Translations under genes and position numbers: made by a program
The notes under the pieces: model-generated
Told to the model about the DNA's origin: nothing
The model's input: the letters and a program-made list of their open reading frames with translations, nothing else
The model's database searches: none
In this document: positions 61,599 through 64,000 of the stretch, in pieces
Layout: the number at the start of each line of letters is the position of its first letter
Position numbering within the stretch: position 1 is the first letter of the stretch
DNA from: Planctomycetota bacterium
GTDB taxonomy: Bacteria > Planctomycetota > Phycisphaerae > UBA1845
Direction of reading: 5' to 3'
Assembly: GCA_043806315.1 (NCBI GenBank)
Contig: JAZDHF010000280.1
Location: forward strand, 2,972-66,971
Length of the DNA: 64,000 bases

Positions 61599-61603
61599 AA
61601 GAT

Positions 61604-61715
61604 CGAAGTTCAAAGTTCGAAGTTCAAAAAGGGACGGCTATTTCTCTGGAAGTTGAGTCGCCGCGCGCCGCAACGTCTACATTCTTCGAACTTTGAACTT
61701 TCAACTTTGAACTTC
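61604..61715. repeat. Heptamer-armed hairpin element at the GHL10/ROK junction
   Basis: Arms at 61604-61632 and 61684-61715. Confidence 0.8.
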
Positions 61716-62952
61716 ACGACGCCAGCCAGCGCAGGTGCGGGATGACCTTCTTGCGCAGCGCGGCTCGGGAGCTGCTCTGCCCGTCCATGAGCGGTCGCCC
61801 GCGTCCGTCGGTTCGCTCGAATAGGGAATTATAGGCGAAGGCCGCGAAGTGCGTGCCCGTCCGCGCCGCTCGGTCCACCTGGGCCACGACCTTGCCCCCG
61901 TCGCGCTTGTCGAACATAACCCCCGTTACCACCGGCACCCGCGGGCGCATCGAGGTCCAAACCAACTGCCGCTGGGTGTAGACGCGCATGTCCGCGTCGT
62001 AGTTCATGGGATAGACCGCATCGACCAACCCCTCCGCGATCCACTGACGGGCGTCCTGGAAGTGATTGCGCCTGGCCTGATCCGGCGACGCACCCACAGC
62101 CGAGGTGAGTTTGACCTTCGGATCGACCTGCCGAATCATACTGTGAAGATCGCGGACCACTTGCGTGACGGCTTCGGTCCGCCAGGCGTTCCATGCGCCC
62201 GGCGCCTGATCGGGCGTCCGACCGGTCGCGCGTTTGAACAATGCCAGCGTCCGTCGATCGCGAGGGTAATCCGGCACGCTCGATCCGGGCGGATAGGAGT
62301 TGTTCCACTCGTTGGCGAAACGCATGTAGTCGAGGTGTAGCCCGTCAATGGGATAGTTCGCGACGATCTCGCGCATGACGGCCACGAGATACTTCCGCAC
62401 TTCGGGGTAGCAGGGATTCACGCTGCAATACCACCCCAGCGGTTGCCGCCGCCCCCAGGCGTCATGCCAAAACCATTCCGGATGGGCGTTGTAGAGTTGT
62501 CGGGGATTGCCCGGCGGTTTGTTGCCCCGCCAACCGGGGATCACGTTCACCCAGGCGTGCAGGCTGAGTCCCCGTCGGTGGGCCTCCTTGCAGGCGACGC
62601 CCAGCGGATCGAAGCCCGGGTCGCGCCCGCCGAGCTCATCGGCCCAGGGCTCGATCTTCGAGGGGTAACAGACCGTGCCAGCGCCGCGAACTTGAAAGAG
62701 GACCGTGTTGAACCCCGCGCTCTTGCAGTTGTCCATCACCCGGGCGATGTCGGCGGGCGACTTGTAATCCCATCGTGTCACCCAGATGGCACGGATCGGC
62801 TGCGAACCGTACCTGCCGAAAAGTGTGAACCGCCCGCCGTGGCAACCCGTCGAAACGAGCGTCGCGACGAGGATCAGCGAAACCCGCCCCCAGCGGGAGA
62901 TGAAACGACCGCATCGTGTACCTTGGGTCCGCTCGTCCATGATCTTGTTCAT
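61714..62952 (-). CDS. GHL10-type (family 10-like) glycoside hydrolase, probable lipoprotein
   Basis: IRAIWVTRWDY...FNTVLFQVRG. ATG at 62952 with the signal LILVATLVSTGC. Confidence 0.65.
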   Translation of the reverse strand: MNKIMDERTQGTRCGRFISRWGRVSLILVATLVSTGCHGGRFTLFGRYGSQPIRAIWVTRWDYKSPADIARVMDNCKSAGFNTVLFQVRGAGTVCYPSKIEPWADELGGRDPGFDPLGVACKEAHRRGLSLHAWVNVIPGWRGNKPPGNPRQLYNAHPEWFWHDAWGRRQPLGWYCSVNPCYPEVRKYLVAVMREIVANYPIDGLHLDYMRFANEWNNSYPPGSSVPDYPRDRRTLALFKRATGRTPDQAPGAWNAWRTEAVTQVVRDLHSMIRQVDPKVKLTSAVGASPDQARRNHFQDARQWIAEGLVDAVYPMNYDADMRVYTQRQLVWTSMRPRVPVVTGVMFDKRDGGKVVAQVDRAARTGTHFAAFAYNSLFERTDGRGRPLMDGQSSSRAALRKKVIPHLRWLAS

Positions 62953-63059
62953 GGTTGCCCTCCATAGCAAGTTTGTGGCACCGCCTTCCAGGCCGTGTGT
63001 CGTGTGCCGCGGCTGTGTCAGCCGTGGACGCCACTGCCGACACGGCAGTGGCACACTCT

Positions 63060-63974
63060 CTACCCGATCGTGCCCGCCGAATCAATGATCCGCCCGACGT
63101 GTCCATCCGCCTCCTTCAGCATTGCTTCGGCAGTCGGTCGATCGACCCGTCGAGCGTGCATCACCAGGGCGGTCTTGACCCGCCCTCCGGCGGCCTCCAA
63201 CAACGCCCTGGCGTCGTCCCGTCCCAGCCCGGTGATCGTCTGGATCATCCGCGTCCCTCGATCGACCAGCTTGGCGTTGGCCCGCGTGTTCACGTCCACC
63301 ATCAGGTTCTGGTAGACCTTGCCCACCTGGACCATGGCGATGGTGCTGACCATGTTAAGGACCATCTTGGTGGCCGTTCCGGCTTTCATGCGTGTGCTGC
63401 CCGTGACCGCCTCCGGCCCGGTCACAACCCGGATGGACACGTCGGCGTCATCGCCTGCTTGGTCCTTCGGGACGCAGGCCAGAAAGACCGTTTTCGCCCC
63501 GCGTTGCTTCGCTCGACGAAGCGCACCGTGGACGAAGGGCGTGGTCCCGCCGGTGGCGACGGCGAAAACCACGTCGTTGGGACCGACCGCTTTCTCTTCC
63601 ATCGCGGCTTCACCGTGCTCCGGATGGTCCTCGGCCCCTTCGACGCTCCGGGTCAACGCCTCGATCCCGCCGGCTATGACGCCTTGCACGGTCTTGGGGT
63701 CCGAGAGGAAAGTCGGCGGGCACTCCGTAGCGTCAAGGACGCCGAGCCGCCCACTGGTGCCCGCACCGACGTAGATCAACTGTCCGCCCGTGCGAAAGGC
63801 TGCGACGACCAGCTCGATCGCCCGACAAATATCGTCCCGCGCCGCGGCAACGGCGCTCGCAACCCCGGCGTCCTCGCGGTTGATGAGGTCGAACGCTTCG
63901 GGGATGGACAGGCGATCGAGGTGCTGTGACCGGGGGTTGCGATGTTCGGTGGTCAGATGTCCGCGATCGTCCAT
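63060..63974 (-). CDS. murQ: N-acetylmuramic acid 6-phosphate etherase
   Basis: 304 aa. SIS domain with YVGAGTSGRLGVLDATECPPTF. Confidence 0.85.
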   Translation of the reverse strand: MDDRGHLTTEHRNPRSQHLDRLSIPEAFDLINREDAGVASAVAAARDDICRAIELVVAAFRTGGQLIYVGAGTSGRLGVLDATECPPTFLSDPKTVQGVIAGGIEALTRSVEGAEDHPEHGEAAMEEKAVGPNDVVFAVATGGTTPFVHGALRRAKQRGAKTVFLACVPKDQAGDDADVSIRVVTGPEAVTGSTRMKAGTATKMVLNMVSTIAMVQVGKVYQNLMVDVNTRANAKLVDRGTRMIQTITGLGRDDARALLEAAGGRVKTALVMHARRVDRPTAEAMLKEADGHVGRIIDSAGTIG

Positions 63975-64000
63975 AACGGTTGCGCCAGCTTGCCGTCCGC

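Noticed and set aside
1-64000. Search by eye for tRNA, rRNA, tmRNA, RNase P and SRP RNA signatures in intergenic regions
   Set aside because: No convincing conserved cores were seen (for example GAGGAAAGTCC, or a T-loop GTTCGAATC in a cloverleaf context). The GTTCGAA strings present belong to the heptamer repeats. A tRNAscan/Infernal run would be needed to be sure.

Overview
This is a 64-kb window of a high-GC bacterial chromosome. GspG-like pseudopilins with large inserts, a PEP-CTERM protein, beta-helix secreted proteins, CxxC-x-YDLTGN-CPECG membrane proteins and dense hairpin repeats suggest Planctomycetota (Phycisphaerae-like); that assignment is inference only.

Contents in order:
- PHA locus (phaR, divergent phasin-like gene, thiolase, short PhaE-like subunit, class III PhaC, SDR), 22-5136.
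- Three-gene accessory islet (TIGR04255-like protein plus two unknowns, coupled by a GTGA overlap), 5255-6914, abutting a 144-bp MITE.
- ABC exporter.
- 12-kb minus-strand pilus/T2SS-like operon (PilB-like, PilT, PilB-like, PilC/GspF, five pseudopilins), 10420-22475.
- Secreted beta-helix protein, large secreted protein and PEP-CTERM protein; MBL hydrolase; rho.
- A 1059-aa WD40-Roc-COR-class III cyclase protein preceded by a 39-codon TIR stub, 31208-34499.
- ECF sigma/anti-sigma pair; glycosylation genes; mutM; POT and OPT transporters; second MITE copy.
- Receiver protein, globin-coupled histidine kinase and NtrC-type regulator; metH.
- Three tandem zinc-ribbon membrane paralogs.
- ROK kinase, GHL10-like hydrolase and murQ.

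Most unusual observations:
1. The ROCO-type cyclase fusion, with near-identical WD40 repeats, a TIR remnant and flanking inverted repeats.
2. A family of hairpin elements whose arms are tandem 7-nt repeats (GAAGTTC and similar). They sit at almost every cistron junction of the pilin operon, are translated into long prepilin leaders, and occur in frame inside metH.
3. Two MITE copies, each with its own 11-bp target-site duplication.

No rRNA, tRNA or CRISPR array was recognised by eye. All function calls rest on motif recognition, not database searches. The many long antisense ORFs in the track are treated as GC artefacts.
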